64,000 bases of DNA from the NCBI GenBank assembly GCA_964304625.1, contig OZ199839.1, positions 9,531,979 to 9,595,978 on the forward strand, written 5' to 3'. A program made the position numbers and the translations under genes. This stretch comes from Kudoa neothunni (Eukaryota; Animalia; Cnidaria). This document shows positions 25,601 to 39,766 of the stretch, piece by piece (the stretch's first letter is position 1; every line of letters begins with the position of its first letter). The notes under the pieces are model-generated. The model did not search any database and had not been told where the DNA came from. It was given only the letters and a program-made list of their open reading frames with translations.

Positions 25601-27706
25601 TTAATCGACAGTTTCCATATCTTCATCTTCAAGGGCTTCAGCACCAGTAGCATTTTGACTTTGGGTGGTGTTATCATCCAATGTTTCAATTCCAAGACCC
25701 ATTTGGATCATCTTATTGAGACGAGCGGAAAGTTGGCTGGGATCGGGTATGACGAACCCAGAGCTCACCAATGAAACATCGAACAACAACTGGGTGACAT
25801 CCTTAGCAATTTTGTCGTTGGTATCGGCGGTGACACGAGCCAAAAGACTCTTAATGATGTTGTTGTCAGGGTTGATTTCCAAGTGTTTTTTGGCAGACAT
25901 GTAGCTCATAGTAGAGGAATCCTTGAGAGCTTGAGCACGCATGATTCTTTCCATATTAGCAGACCAACCATATTGGCCAGAAACCACACAACAAGGAGAA
26001 TCAACCATACGTTTGGACACTTTGACATCCTCGACGTTGGTTCCAAGAACCTCTTTCATGAATTTGCACAAAGGTTCAAAGGTTGTTTTCTTCTCTTCGA
26101 ATTGTTTTTTCTCTTCTTCGGTTTCGGGAAGTTCGAGACCATCCTTGGTGACTGAGACAAAGTTCTTTCCGTCGTATTCCTTCAACTGGGACATCATGTA
26201 TTCATCCATAGGCTCGTCCATGAAAATAACTTCACAGCCGGAGGCGACAACTCTCTCAACGAATGCACTCTTAGAAATTTGAGCGATGCTTTCACCAGCC
26301 ATGTAGTAGATATCTTTTTGGTTCTCCTTCATTCTGGAGACGTAATCTTTGAGGAAAATTTTTTCGCCACCAGTAGTAGTGCTGGTTTCGAACATAATTA
26401 GTTCAGCCAATCGAGCCTTGTTTTGGTGATCTTCGTGGATACCCAATTTGATATTTTTTCCAAATTGAGTGTAGAACACTTTGTAGTCTTCGGCGTTTTG
26501 TTTGATTTCCTCAAAGAGCTCAATGCACTTTTGGTGAGATTCTTTTTGATGATCTTGAGAATTTTGCTTTGTTGAAGAGTTTCACGTGAAATATTCAATG
26601 GTAGATCCTCAGAGTCGACAATACCACGGATGAATTTCAAGTAATCCGGCATCAAATCCATGCAGTTGTCCATAATGAACACACGTCTCACATACAGTTT
26701 CACTTGACTGACTGTCTTCTTGCTTTCAAACATGTCGAATGGGGCACGTCTGGGAACAAAGAGAATAGCTTTGAATTCGAGTTGACCTTCCACACTGAAA
26801 TGTTTCACAGCAAGTTGATCTTCCCAATCGTTGCTGATGCTTTTGTAGAATTCACTATACTCCTCTTTGGTGACATCGGAGGGAGCACGAGTCCAAATAG
26901 GCTTGACTTTGTTGACCTGCTCGATATCGATGTAATGTTCGGTGACAGTCTTCTTTTTCTTTTCCTCTTTGTTCCCTTCATCATCCTCTACCTCTTCGAC
27001 TTTTTGGTCTTCAGTGGCAGCGGTAGTTTCAGGCTCCTCTTCTTCAATCTCCTTTTCACGGGTCTTCTCACAATGAAGTCTAATGGGTAGTTGATGAATT
27101 GGGAGTACTTCTTGATAATGTCTTTCAAACGGTTGGCTTCCAAGTATTGAAGATCGTCCTCTTTCATGTGAAGAATAATCTTGGTTCCACGACCGAGAGG
27201 CTCAGAATGATCCGGAGCCACAGTGAAGGTACCAGATGCGGATGATACCCATCTGTATTGTTCATCATCATTGTGTTTGGACACAACCTCAACGGTGTCA
27301 GCGACGAGGAAGGACGAGTAGAAACCAACACCAAATTGACCAATCATAGCAATATCTGCTCCAGCTTGAAGAGCCTCAACAAAAGCCCTAGTTCCAGATT
27401 GAGCAATAGTACCCAAATTTTTGATAAGGTCAGCATTGGTCATACCGATACCGGTATCCAAAATGGTAAGAGTTTTGGCGTTTTTATCAGGAATGATATC
27501 AATGGTGAGGTCCTTCTTCTCGCCCAAAATGTCGTGATCAGTCATACTCAGCATACGAATCTTATCCAATGCATCTGAAGCATTGGAAATCAATTCACGG
27601 ATAACAACATCCTTATTGAGTAGAATGTGTTAACAATCAAACTCATAAGCTGAGCAATCTCAGCCTGAAAGTGATATGTGCTAGTATCAGCCGACTTAGT
27701 TGCCAT
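25601..27706 (-). CDS. HSP90: Cytosolic heat shock protein 90, intronless, with three single-base deletions in this sequence
   Basis: Start [30 protein letters not shown]. Signatures [79 protein letters not shown]. Ends METVD. Frame breaks at about 27616, 27085 and 26530. Confidence 0.95.
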
Positions 27707-27759
27707 TTTCCTCTCAAACCTAATCGTAGCTCACGAGGCAAGCAGCTAATACATACTAT

Positions 27760-27774
27760 GGAATGTTCTAGAAC
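27760..27774. promoter_or_regulatory. Heat shock element
   Basis: gGAAtgTTCtaGAAc, a perfect three-unit nGAAn array 54 nt upstream of the HSP90 ATG. Confidence 0.85.
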
Positions 27775-29339
27775 GTATGAGATAATTCTTCAATATTCAA
27801 GTTAACTCAATTTATGTAATTTGCACAAATTCACTTCAAAGAACGCTCCAAAATGTTTGTTTTATTCTTTAACAATTACACAACTCATTATTGAACAATT
27901 GACCCAAACGATCATCGTGCCAATACAACCACAATTAATACTAAGATTATCCTCATGTTTAATGCGCCGTCATGATAACATATCCCTAGCGGAGCTATTC
28001 GCATAAATGAGCTGTTTAGCGGTTGACTCCGGCTAATGAGAATTTGACACTTGAGTTAAAGTTTGGTTTTATTTGAAAAGATGTCAATCTAAATAAACGC
28101 AGGGAGCACGTAGTAAAAAATTGGTTTGTTATTTCCATGGATAAATTTAAATAGTTAATGCATGAATTGTTCGATTAATTCCTGGTAAAATATTGATTTA
28201 AGATGAGTAGATACCTTTGATTCATTCGAAGATGGTTTGATTATTGCCTGATTAAACGCTAATCTGGTGGTTGTGTGAATAATTGATGTTCGGTCGATAT
28301 CTTGGATAAATATATATTTATAGGAAAAAATGGATCTCAATAGAATTGTATCCATATCTCGTAGTGTTTATAGCAGAATGATAAACAAGTTTTGTTATAT
28401 AGTCTAAAATTGTAAATGTTCGGAGTCAGTCGGTGTCCTCCTTTGACTTAATATTGTTTATTAAACAGGGTTGTTGTTTTTCATAATTTTTTAATATTTA
28501 AATATGTTTTTTTTGGCGTTAAGAACGAAGAAAATTGAAGTTTGGGTTTTTCTTATGTGTATGAGTGATATGCGTGTACAGGGGCATTTCTAAGAAGTTG
28601 ACGTGTTCCCAATTGTAATCGAAGTGCTTATACTTTGTTCGTTCTCATAAAAGCTTTAGCGCGAAACTCTAGACTTAATTTTATTATTATTATCTATAAA
28701 ATGGATATTTCAATTTTTATTTACTTTTTATCGTTATTTTTTTGAATTATTATGTTTGGGATTGGATATTGTGTAATATTCTATGTTTGATTTTTTTATT
28801 CTCATGTATAGATAAAAAAATTTCTTTTGAATAATTTAAAATAATTTTTTTGGCAGGTGAATACAGTGGGTGACCAGTTTTTCGTACTATCGACTCGTTT
28901 GTACATTTAATAAAAAGATTTATGCTTCATTAATTATTTTATAAAAATATCTAATATTAATTTATAATAGAATGCAACAAATAAATGAAAAAATCATATA
29001 ATTACAGAAATATATAAGAAAAATATTAAATAATCCAGACGATACACTGTCGTTCATTCATGTCCGGTGCCACCATGGCAGTTTGAAATTAGTCGTTTGA
29101 GTAATCGAATATCAAGATACTTCTTACTTAAAAGGAGACTTTTTGATTACAATATTGGGGATATTAGTATGAACTCACAGGGTCGAACGAACACTCGGAA
29201 TTTCATTGACTATAACTGTACCTTGTTTATAGTGAATCTTTTAATTAAATTTCCTAAAAATATATGATAATCTTTTAAGTTAGTGAATTTAGGTTAATAG
29301 GTGTTTATTAAAATTGAAGTAATTGAACTTTAGATCAAG

Positions 29340-30130
29340 TAATAAGGTAGGATTAAGAATCTAAAAACAACCTTTTGAGCGTCATTTTTTACCTGTTCTT
29401 AAGTGATCATTCATAATTAAACAAATGAATCTCTAAAGCAAGGATTCAGTAAATTTTTATACCTTCTAATTTTGCTACCAAATCCCTAATTCAACATACA
29501 ACATCATCGGCATTTGCAAAATCTTCGTTAAGTTTCCAAAAACCAATGAAAACTCACTCTATTATTCCTATATTGAACTCTAAATTAATTAAATGTCTTA
29601 AAGACATTTTTATTAATGTTTCTTTTTCAAAATTAATGATTCAGCCATTCAAGTAATTTTCACACATTAATTTAATTTAATAATAATAAACTACCTTCTA
29701 TATCATTATTTATATATCTATTATAAATTTTTTATAAAATTATTTCGATTAATTAATATATTTTTTAGGTTACAATTTATTTTCATCAAAAGGAGTTAAA
29801 ATCATTTTATCATTAAATTTGTATAGTAACAAAATGATAAGCTTTTTAATTTTACTACAGTAAAAATGTGTAAAAAAAATTTATTATCAATTAATTTGTT
29901 TATATTTATTTTTTAATAATCTAAATTAAAGAAATAAAATACGAGATAAAAATAACATTTAATTATGATAGTGCGTAATAAACCTAATATAGTGGTCCTC
30001 ATATTTTTGAATACATATGGGTTATAAAAATATATATATTTAACCTGATTTAATATTTTCATAACTAACTATTATATTTTATTACGTATGTAAAAAATAC
30101 TTATATAACCTTATATAGGTCAATTGAATG
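29340..30130. repeat. Dispersed repeat, probably an old DNA transposon remnant; second copy at about 51270-52060
   Basis: Collinear shared blocks such as gaatctaaaaac and aaatcttcgttaa.tttccaaaaaccaatga in the same orientation. Confidence 0.6.
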
Positions 30131-31203
30131 GATTAGCGTATTTTTGGAGTTGTTTTTATACATTTTTCAATGTAATTATTTTCGATACCAAGTTACGCTG
30201 CGCTATTGATTCTAGTTTGCTTATATAGTAGATGTAAATGCACGCTGTTTTAGCTAATCCAACGAAATTTGAATGACTCCTTCAATATTGAAATTTCGAA
30301 TATTCAATAGTCTCGACACTCCCATTTTTAAACCTCTAATTGAACGAAATATTTTCCTGGAATATTGACGATGTGGAAAAATTTTAGATAATGGTGCTCT
30401 CCACTCATGGAAGATGTTCAGCATTAAGACCAAAGATGGAGACGAAATCTTCCAACTCAACTTTATTATTCGCATGAAATGCAATAGATCGTTTAGATAT
30501 AAATCTATGGTTGGCAATCGTCAACCCATCAACAAGAATATATTTCAACCAAAGTTCAAATTTATATCAATATTAAAATTTACTCTCATCAAGCTATATT
30601 TTCGAGGTTTTTAATAAAATAAAAACATAATTCAAACAATTTTTGAAACATAAACTCATAATAATTAAGTTCCTATCAAACAGTAACATTCGTTATGTAA
30701 TAACAAGCACTAGAAATTTCTATTCATAAGATATCACATTATTTTTTCGTTTAAATCTATCGGCAACACATTACATTTTTCATCACGTTCACCTACTTTT
30801 AGAAATTGTGATAATAAATTTATATGTTCTAGAATCAACTAGATCGATTTGAATATAATATATAATTTGAATTGAGTAAAATTATTAAGAATACAATTTC
30901 GTAATGTAGATGGCATAAAATATTTGTTATTGTTTTCTTAAGGATTGATTTATTACTAGTATAAACTTTGCGGAGTCATAATTTCGATATATCTCAAAAA
31001 TTAAACCTCCCCATACAAAACCCATGAATATGGTTTCGTTCGTGTTTCGTTCCAAAATTTAGGCATGGTATTTAATTCGTGAAAAAACCAACACGAAAGT
31101 GCATTGTCTGCTGTATTTCGTTATTGTAGCTGTTATTAAGTAGAAAAGGTTTGCAATTGCCTAGTTTATCGATGATCTTGAAATAATGCAACATTCAATA
31201 TTA

Positions 31204-32250
31204 CAGGGTATTTCAGAGTAAATTGGACATATTTCAGATTTAATCAAAAACGCGGTAGACATAATTTGAACTAAAACAGAAATACTGGTTATATGTATAC
31301 ACTCGAAATTAAGGAAAATAGCTAATATTGTTTTATTTATTTAATTCATCCATGGATTTAAGATATAATCAATCAAAACATCTCTACTTTGGGCTCTTGG
31401 GCGGTAACTTGAGACTTTTGCCTTTAATACAGAAAATATGTTCTCAATAGGATTAAGATGAAGAGAATACGACGGCAGATATAGGCATTCAATTGAGTTA
31501 GTACTCATCAGACTTTTTACCTGTTGTACATGATGGAACCTAACGTTATCCACGACAGGACAACTTAATAAGAGATTTTTTGTTCCAAAATCATTTCATT
31601 TGTTCGAGAAATTCAAGAATTTGGATCATATCAAATGGATCATCCAGAATTTTATGGCCAATTATTCCTTGAGTTAAAAAAATAACGCTTAACGATATAT
31701 TTCGTCCTTTAGAAGGACGTACCATGGCGATAGCGTCTTTGTCGGATTCCGAGTAACCATAATTATGCGATACGTGGAGATTGAATCCGCATTCGTCCAA
31801 AAAAAAACAACGATCTTTCTCCTCACGCCTATAATCTTGGAAGCATATTCTGCTACCGTTCTTTTGTGAGAATCCGTCAAAATAACAGAGACCTTTAGTT
31901 TAAGCCGTTTTCTCGTTAGTCCAGCAGATTTTATCAGTAGGCATACAGTTCCGTTGGATAGGTTCGATTCTTTCTTCTCGAGTAATTTTTTATGCCTACT
32001 TATGTTAGGCTGTTATCTCGGCCAATGATTTCTCTCACTTTGTTTTCGAGAATCGTGTTAATTTTCGGGTGACGTCTCTTTTTTTGTGCAAATGTATCGT
32101 AGCTGTTGGTTTTTGGGTTGGTCTCAATAAAAGGTTTTATTTAATGATATTTGGGACCTTCCCAAATCAGTAATTCCGGGTATTTTTTTGATGGACTCTT
32201 AATTTGATCATATAATATTTGATCAATCGCTTTTTAATTTTTTCTTTCAT
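31204..32250 (-). mobile_element. Tc1/IS630-type DD34E transposase pseudogene
   Basis: Motifs DECGFN, DNVRFH, YLPSYSLHLNPIENIFSVLK, with 34 residues between the second D and the E. TA-CAGGGTATTTCAG terminus at 31202-31216. Second TIR not found. Confidence 0.8.
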
Positions 32251-33592
32251 CCATAATGCCATGATAATATATTAACAAAACTATACCATAATTTCGTAAA
32301 ACTACTTAATCATAAAAAAATAATAAATAAATTACTTTAACTTGATTTAAAAAAATCCTTCTGTTTACGTCGCGTGTCCGATTTATTCTTAAATAACCTG
32401 TTAGAGATTGGTTTCTTATTTTTGATGACAACGATTTTAGCTCGAGGCTGGTGACACATAATTTTAAAGAAATTCATGATGTTTATAAGGAAATTCTTCT
32501 TCGAATATCCAAAGATCAAGAATGGATCTCCCCAAGTTATTTCTTGGATGGTTATATGAAAATTATTTCTCTGATGCCTACCTTTAAAAATTATTTTTTT
32601 AAATTATTCTTACTAATGATTATCTATATAGATAATCCAATTTTGGATTATTTTACGGAGTTTGATACGTAATAACTAGTTTATTTACATAATGAATTCT
32701 CCAATTAGACGTTGAACATCTTTTCTGGATATCCATAGGTCAAATCACAATATTTATGCAGTTCGAACGTCTCAGAGCTAAAACGAACCGGTGTTCGATC
32801 AAAACTTTTGCGTCAGAAACACTTTTGAGTTCGAAAACGTATAAAAAGGGTATTCAGTACAAATCCGGTTGTACTGAAAAAACAGAGAAGAAAATATATT
32901 CTAGAAGATTCACTAAGTCAAATTGTGCGAACGTCATCAAAATAGAGAATCCTTCATAATCTATCGTATGATAACCAAAAAATATTTACCCTATATTTCA
33001 TTTCATTTCATTTTATTATTATATTTAATATTTTTGTTATATTTTATAAACACAGGGCATGCTTATTTTCTAACAAATAAGAATAAAAATAATCATTTAT
33101 TTGATGTGCGATAACGGATTATGGTCGAAGTCCGAGGTTGCATTGTACCAATACAACAAATCCATGTTTCTATAAATTTTTAATCAAAATTAAAGCATTC
33201 AAAGTAAACTTTTTATAAACCTCAATCCTAGCCATCAAGACGTTTGAACCTATGGGTCATATAAAATAAAATAGGGCGGATTAAAGAGGCACATATTGCT
33301 GGAGTATTTATTTCATAATATAGCTCAAATCGAATGTTACTAATTTTTAGCAACTGTGCAATATTTTATCGCTCTAAAGAAGGATAAATTAATCTTTGGG
33401 AAAGTTTGAAGAAAATTTTTCAATCCTTCTGCATAAATTGTTTTAATCAATTCATCCACGTAATTTAACATTAATAGAATGACAAATTTTAATGTTTTGA
33501 TCTGAAAAAATTTTATGCTATTAATTAAATCAGGGAATAAACGAATCGCGAAACACAGTGTAAGACTGACTAGATAGGTAGCAGATAATTTG

Positions 33593-36500
33593 TTAGAAGC
33601 GAAAGAAATTATTCTTCATCTCTACATGAATTTGGTTAAAAATTTATAGAAACTAATTCAATGTTACTTGAAGATATTAATCAAGGCTTTTGACCTGAAT
33701 TGTCGTAGGGTTCTGATAGGAACACATCATCATTGTCACTATTGATAGAGTTGATAGGGCCGCCCAGCTTTAAATTTTGTTGACCGTCCAAAGTGACTCC
33801 CCCTACAGACTGGCTGTTTGTATTGATGAAAAGCGTGTCAATGTAACTGAGACAGTCTATCAGAAAATAAATCTTTAACCAATAGTTGACCTATGTGTTA
33901 ACCTAGTGAAAACGTCGATTGACATTGACTGTCTGTTTGTTGAGAAAAAGGAAATTCAACGTATCCAGGTTCGTTGGCTGATACACTACTTGCTAAATAT
34001 GATAAATGCATTACTTAATTGTTAGCGATTTTAAAACCCATCCGAATACCGGAACAATGTGACAAAAGTTGTTGATTGTTGTTTAAGATTGGTATCTGAT
34101 GTAGTGATTGAGGTTCTTCGATTGACGAGCTGAGCATCCCAGCGAAATTAGCAGTTGAAACCGACGACACTGTGGAGGGACAACCAGTTGGAACCATATG
34201 ATCACTTTGAATCACAGGGAAATTCTCATTTACTCTATTCGTCACATCAGAATTGCACTCAGTGTTGTTTTCGTATTCAGTGAAATGATTCACATCCGTT
34301 GAAATTGTGGCGAGTGTTTGAACTATAATTCACTGTCATCAACAACCGAAAAAATGAAATATAATAGAACCAATGTTAAAGATATTGGGGGAACTGCTGA
34401 CATTTTCTCTCCAAAGGGAATTTAGTTGAGTTTTATTTATGACCAACTCATTTATAATAGACGTCAGTTTACTCAAACAAGCTCCTAGTTGAATGCTTTC
34501 GTAAGGAATATTTTGAAGTTCGGAGTAGATTTGAGGGCTGCAATATGACTTCGATTTTGTTCGAAATTGGGTGTCAACAAAAGCGAACTTTAAATCACTT
34601 GTAATCACCAATGATTTTGTGGATTTGTCGCTAAAATATTCAAATTTTACAGTAGCTATCCGCCATTTATGTACAATTGCTTGTTCATAAAAAGCTGAAG
34701 TAAGCTTTTATCGATGAGTAGCTCATTGTTTGCACATAAATCTATCGGCATGTAACATATAGGACAAGAGAATGCTTCTTTTCCTTCACTCAACAGAAGC
34801 ATAGATAACATATCGAAACACTATCCATTCAATTTAGAATTAAGCGAAATACATAAACAATGTAATAATTCATGTTAAACTTACTTGCAAGTGGTTGCAG
34901 TTGACTCCTCGTGCAGGAATAGCTATTCGAGTGGCTCTTATAGGACAATACAATCCAACAAGCAGTGCTTCCACATGCATCTTTGATTTGGCCAAAGGGT
35001 TTATATAGGTGTCATATTTGTTTCTGATGCTTCTCAACAGAGCGAATGACTGTCTTACTGTGCAAATTAATAAATAATATTAGAGAGGAATTTTTGTTGA
35101 CAATCTACTTTGTGCCACGGTACTTTCTTCGGTACACATCAAGCGGGGTCCTATCTTTGCTAGCGCGGCGCCCCATGTGGTCACTTTTAGCTTTTCTACT
35201 TTTATGTGATAATCCTGTTTATCGTGTAAAAAATTATATTTAAACTGCAAAATTAGCGTTAATTATACCTCGCTCAATGATCCCACCTCAAAGGCGAAAA
35301 CCATTACATTTTCGCCGTTCAAGATAAAGGATTTCAGTGAAACTGGCAAATCACCATAGCCGTAATTGTGATAAACATTCAACAACTGACCATTTATCAT
35401 CATGCACACATTTTTTGGCCAGTTTAAATGATGGAATCCAATATTTTTCTTACAGCACGACATATTCAAATCGACTTCATTATTTTGCGTAATTTTTTCA
35501 AACATAGATTGTTCGATTTGGAACTTCTTCACAATAATCACTAGGTCCTTCAGATAAAAACTTTCTTCGTCATTCTCTGCACGAACTCTTATAATGAAAT
35601 CGATGATTACGCCCTCTTCAGAGCGCGCCAGCTTCATCACAGGATTTAGAATCTCAGCTGATTTTCGCATTACATATGCGACAACGTCCGCATTGGCTAA
35701 TCGAAAATAATTGTGAACATTAATTTTTTAATAAATAAGTGATGTGTATCAAAATCAAATATTTATTGATTACTACTTTTTTCGAGTTGAAGTTTAATTG
35801 GCTCAAGATTACGAACATAAGAACCTATCAAAAAGCTATCAAAACAAGGACCATGTGTTTCTTCTATTCCTTGGATCCCGGTCTGGTTGTAAGACTGACA
35901 CTCATAATTTGACGAATTGATATCCTGGCATTGTGCGCCATTGACAAAACCTTCCCTGTTGGTGACTTCAATTACAGGGGCAGTTTTATCGGTGTTATCA
36001 AAAATTGAACTAATCAAGCATTGATATTGTTCTGCCATACTGGTAAGTGCTGCAGCAAAATCTTCCTTCTTAATACCATCTGGAACTGTATTATTATTAA
36101 AATAACTATCTACGTGGCTATACGATTACATCGAGTAATAGTAGAAGCTATTTCAGCTGCGGAGTTCCATGCCGCTATATTCAAAGCATCGGTATTATTA
36201 TTTGTATTCGCGATGAAGTTATTATTATAATAATTAGGTTGATTTTCCACATTAAGTTGAATATTGTCTAACGAATTTCGCATGAGAGCGTTAATTTTAC
36301 ATATGTGATATACTGTTTTGGTTGTTTCCCCCCCATAAGCCCTTGGAACTGTTCTGCTGTGACTGTGGGTCTAGTCTCTTGTGCAATAAAGGATCCTGAA
36401 ACTGTTTAGGTGAAATATTATGACAAATGTTAAGAACCATTTAAGTAGTTTTGATTATATTGTTGAACAGGAAGAGAAATTTGGGGGTTAGGATGCATAA

Positions 36501-37415
36501 TTTTTCTTGGTACATCGTAGTTGTTGCCATTGCTCAGCAACGACTGAATTGGGGGTATGTAAATATCATTATTGCTTGAATTTATTTGAGAATTATTAAA
36601 CTTATTGCCTGGTTTCGACTGGGGTAAGGAAAAATTTTGAGTTGACCTGTTTGCATTTTCCAAACAGAAAAGCTTCAGTAGGACTTTGTATTCTTCAGGG
36701 CTGAAGGACTGGGATGGTCGTTTTCGAGGTAGGAATTGTGGAATGTTATTACTGGAGCTTCCCACCGAGTTACCTATATACATCAAGAGACTAATCAAAT
36801 CAATAAACTAAACAACTTTACTCAACTGTCTGGCAGTTATTGCTCCTGTTGAGGGGAACCAACCACCTCTGGGCTCAGAAAAATTTGAAGCAGGTAAATT
36901 ACCTCGAAAAGAATTATTGTTGTTATTACGATTGGGAACCACTAAAGAAAGTAAAAAATGGAGCTTATTTCTCGATAAATCTGCGATATGTTCTAAACTT
37001 CCCCTTAGGATGGGTGATTATTTCCAAATAAAAAGTAATTATTTGATTAATTGCAGAAAGAATTATTTTACATTATTTTCGATAAAAATATTTGTTTATA
37101 TAGGTGCAGTAAAAATTGCACCAACAGACACACTGGAAATATCTTTCTATCAGAGTAGTAGAATGGCAGAAAATCGATTAGGAAATATTTAGTAGTTAGA
37201 AAATAAATATATAATTTGGGCAATTTTTCAATTAAAAACACCGTAAAAGTCAAATAAACAAATATACTTATTAACCTATCAAGATTCTGTCAAACCTTCT
37301 CAACTTTAGTTTACCGTAAGCTTATTGGTGGACGAAACACCAAATTCCCCTGCATATCATAAAATTAATCCGCAATTAAAAATTAATAACTTTTAAATTT
37401 TTTTAAAAACTCCAT
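33593..37415 (-). CDS. ZMIZ/PIAS-family SP-RING (MIZ) zinc-finger protein, multi-exon; both ends approximate
   Basis: LYCPIRATRIAIPARGVNCNHLQ|CFDMLSMLLL...FSCPIC at about 34960-34750. Upstream LEPIKL and NWPKNVCMMING resemble ZMIZ1/2. Long N/Q/S/P-rich flanks. Confidence 0.8.
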
Positions 37416-38089
37416 TTAATTTAAATAAATAATTTCAAATACTGATATAAATTTGTCTGTATTTTTAGGATTTTTTTAAACATCGTCAGAGTAAATCTTT
37501 GTCAATCATGTAAGAACTTACGTAAACATCCCAACCTAAGTCAAAACAATTCTTATCATTTAATAATATTATTTCTTGAATTGATTTTTTATTATTTTTG
37601 AATGTTTTGAGGTTATAAAATTAAATTTGGGATTACAACAATTTTTTATTAGCAAGCATAGTAATAAATATATCATAATATTAAATAACTAATTAATGCT
37701 ATGAATTATTAAAATATTTTTTCGTTATAGTTATGGTGGGATGGGGTAAAATCAAACATTAGAATAACAATTTTAAGTTCTATTATATTAAAATGGTGCA
37801 TAATTTTAGACTTAATCTATGGTGTTCCTGTGAATTGTCAACTTTTACACCCGTCCGACAAAAATGAAAATATTAAAAAGTTTATTGTCGGAATATTTTA
37901 AGAGGGAGTGAATGATCCAACATGTTTTAAAAAACTTTAAAACAACTTTAGAGGGACTTAAGTTATTGAATTTAGTTTATTATAAGCTGGATCTGTTTAC
38001 AAATATTTAGTATTTATCACAATTATTTTCGTCTTTTTTATAGAGTCTATTAAATTTTAAACCAAAATAAATCTTATTATTACAGATAA

Positions 38090-39766
38090 TTATTCGACAG
38101 AATACACCCGATGGATAGATTACCTCAGAAATGTTAATGTCGGTAGGTTTTCGTATACACATAAGCTCTTATCGAATATCCAATGACGTGACCAACAGCA
38201 TAAATGATTTCGTTAATTTATTTAGATTACCTTATTAAAATAAGATCATCAATGTTTTTTCGTAGTTCAATTCTGGACTGGAATCAAGATGTATAAAAGA
38301 CACTAAAGTCTGCTTCTTTTATAGTTTTTTAGGAGAAAATTCAAAAAAATCTATAAATAAAAATTCCTTTATTTAATCGAAAGAGTTCAATTCAAACAAT
38401 ATTTATCACAGCTATTTCTATTGTAAATACTAATGAAAGCATTGTTAATCCTATATTTCAAATGATATATTTTCGCTTCCCTATTTGTTGAAGGATGAAG
38501 ATTTTGCGATTAAAAATTCTCCTAGTCACTTTTTCGTCATTAGAAACTTGATTATTATCGCTTCTAAATGTTCTTTGTTTAGTATTCTGGCTTAATGAGT
38601 ATTGGGAGAAATTCGGAGTTAATTTGAGGATGATCCCTTTCTACTGACTAGAAGAAGGACCAACTAAATTTCAACCTTTATTGTATCAAAATAACTGAAT
38701 GAAAAAACTAAAAAAGAATACTTTATAATTCTAGGTGTAATCATAAATATTTGTTATAATTCCTCAGTCAACGTTTGGATAGTGATTTTTTGAGTAATCT
38801 GCTTCTTAAAGGATTGCACTAATAAGCTGAATAAATTTTTTTACTCATCGTTTCCAAACTAAATAAATTTAATAAATACTTAATAAATATCTACTATTTT
38901 TCTGTAATAGAATGAAAAAGTTCAATTAAATATTGTCAAGCAATGTCAAAGTTGAAGGGATATTTCTGCTCTAGTAATGTCGTTAATATTCTGTTTATAC
39001 ACCATTTTGAGTTTGTCATATTATTGGATGATTATTATGGGAAAGCTTGAAATAAATATGAATAAAAGTAAAACACAGTCAGTCATGTAAAATACTTTAA
39101 AGCGAAATAGCAGATAAAATCTTTTTTTTATTTATTAGGTAGGAAAATTTTTTATAACTTGAAACAAATGTCGAATTGTGAGTCCATGTACGTTAGATTA
39201 CGTGCTAAGGAAAGATAGAAAATTAGGAGACCTCTTCGCTTGTTGTGTGAGCCACGGTTGATTGTAAACATAAAAATCATTCTGAAAAGGTAAAATAATA
39301 AACTTGTCTATGTTTAATACTCTATTAAACAAACAAATTTATGTAATAATCAAAAATTTCATTAAGCTAAATACACCATAGTGTACATTATTAATACCTC
39401 AGTTTAAATATAAGACCATTAAAAAATTATTTATTTCATTTTTAATGGATAAAAAAGAACAAGAATTTTAATACCCTATTGTAGAATTGTATTTTAATGC
39501 TTTTTCAGGGTAATATTAATCTCCAAAAAAGTAAGTTTTCGAACCTTACTAAATTATATATCACAGATAATTCTCAAAATCAAAATTCTTGGTTCAATAA
39601 TAAAAAAATCTGTTGAAATACATTAAAACATAAGTTATAAGTTGACAGAGAAAAATTTTTAGTTGGGGATATCCTTGCATTCTATACTTTTAAATAACCA
39701 ATAAGCAAGCACTGTTGCAAAAACAATGAATACAAGCTTAGTTGATCGCTGAAAAAGACGCGCCAT
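38090..39766 (-). CDS. Putative multi-exon gene of unknown function with an N-terminal hydrophobic segment
   Basis: ATG at 39766 gives MARLFQRSTKLVFIVFATVLAYW. Exon-like open segments near 39200-39281 and 38460-38650. CpG-rich region upstream. No complete model obtained. Confidence 0.3.

Noticed and set aside
25665-27578. Plus-strand ORFs opposite HSP90
   Set aside because: Antisense shadows of a codon-biased gene.
27940-28045. HDV-like ribozyme (ends ggctaatgaga)
   Set aside because: No P3/L3 (TCC.CG) core or P1 helix could be built.
32400-32960. Possible Mutator transposase remnant
   Set aside because: Only a vague resemblance (DYF...); no diagnostic motif or TIRs.
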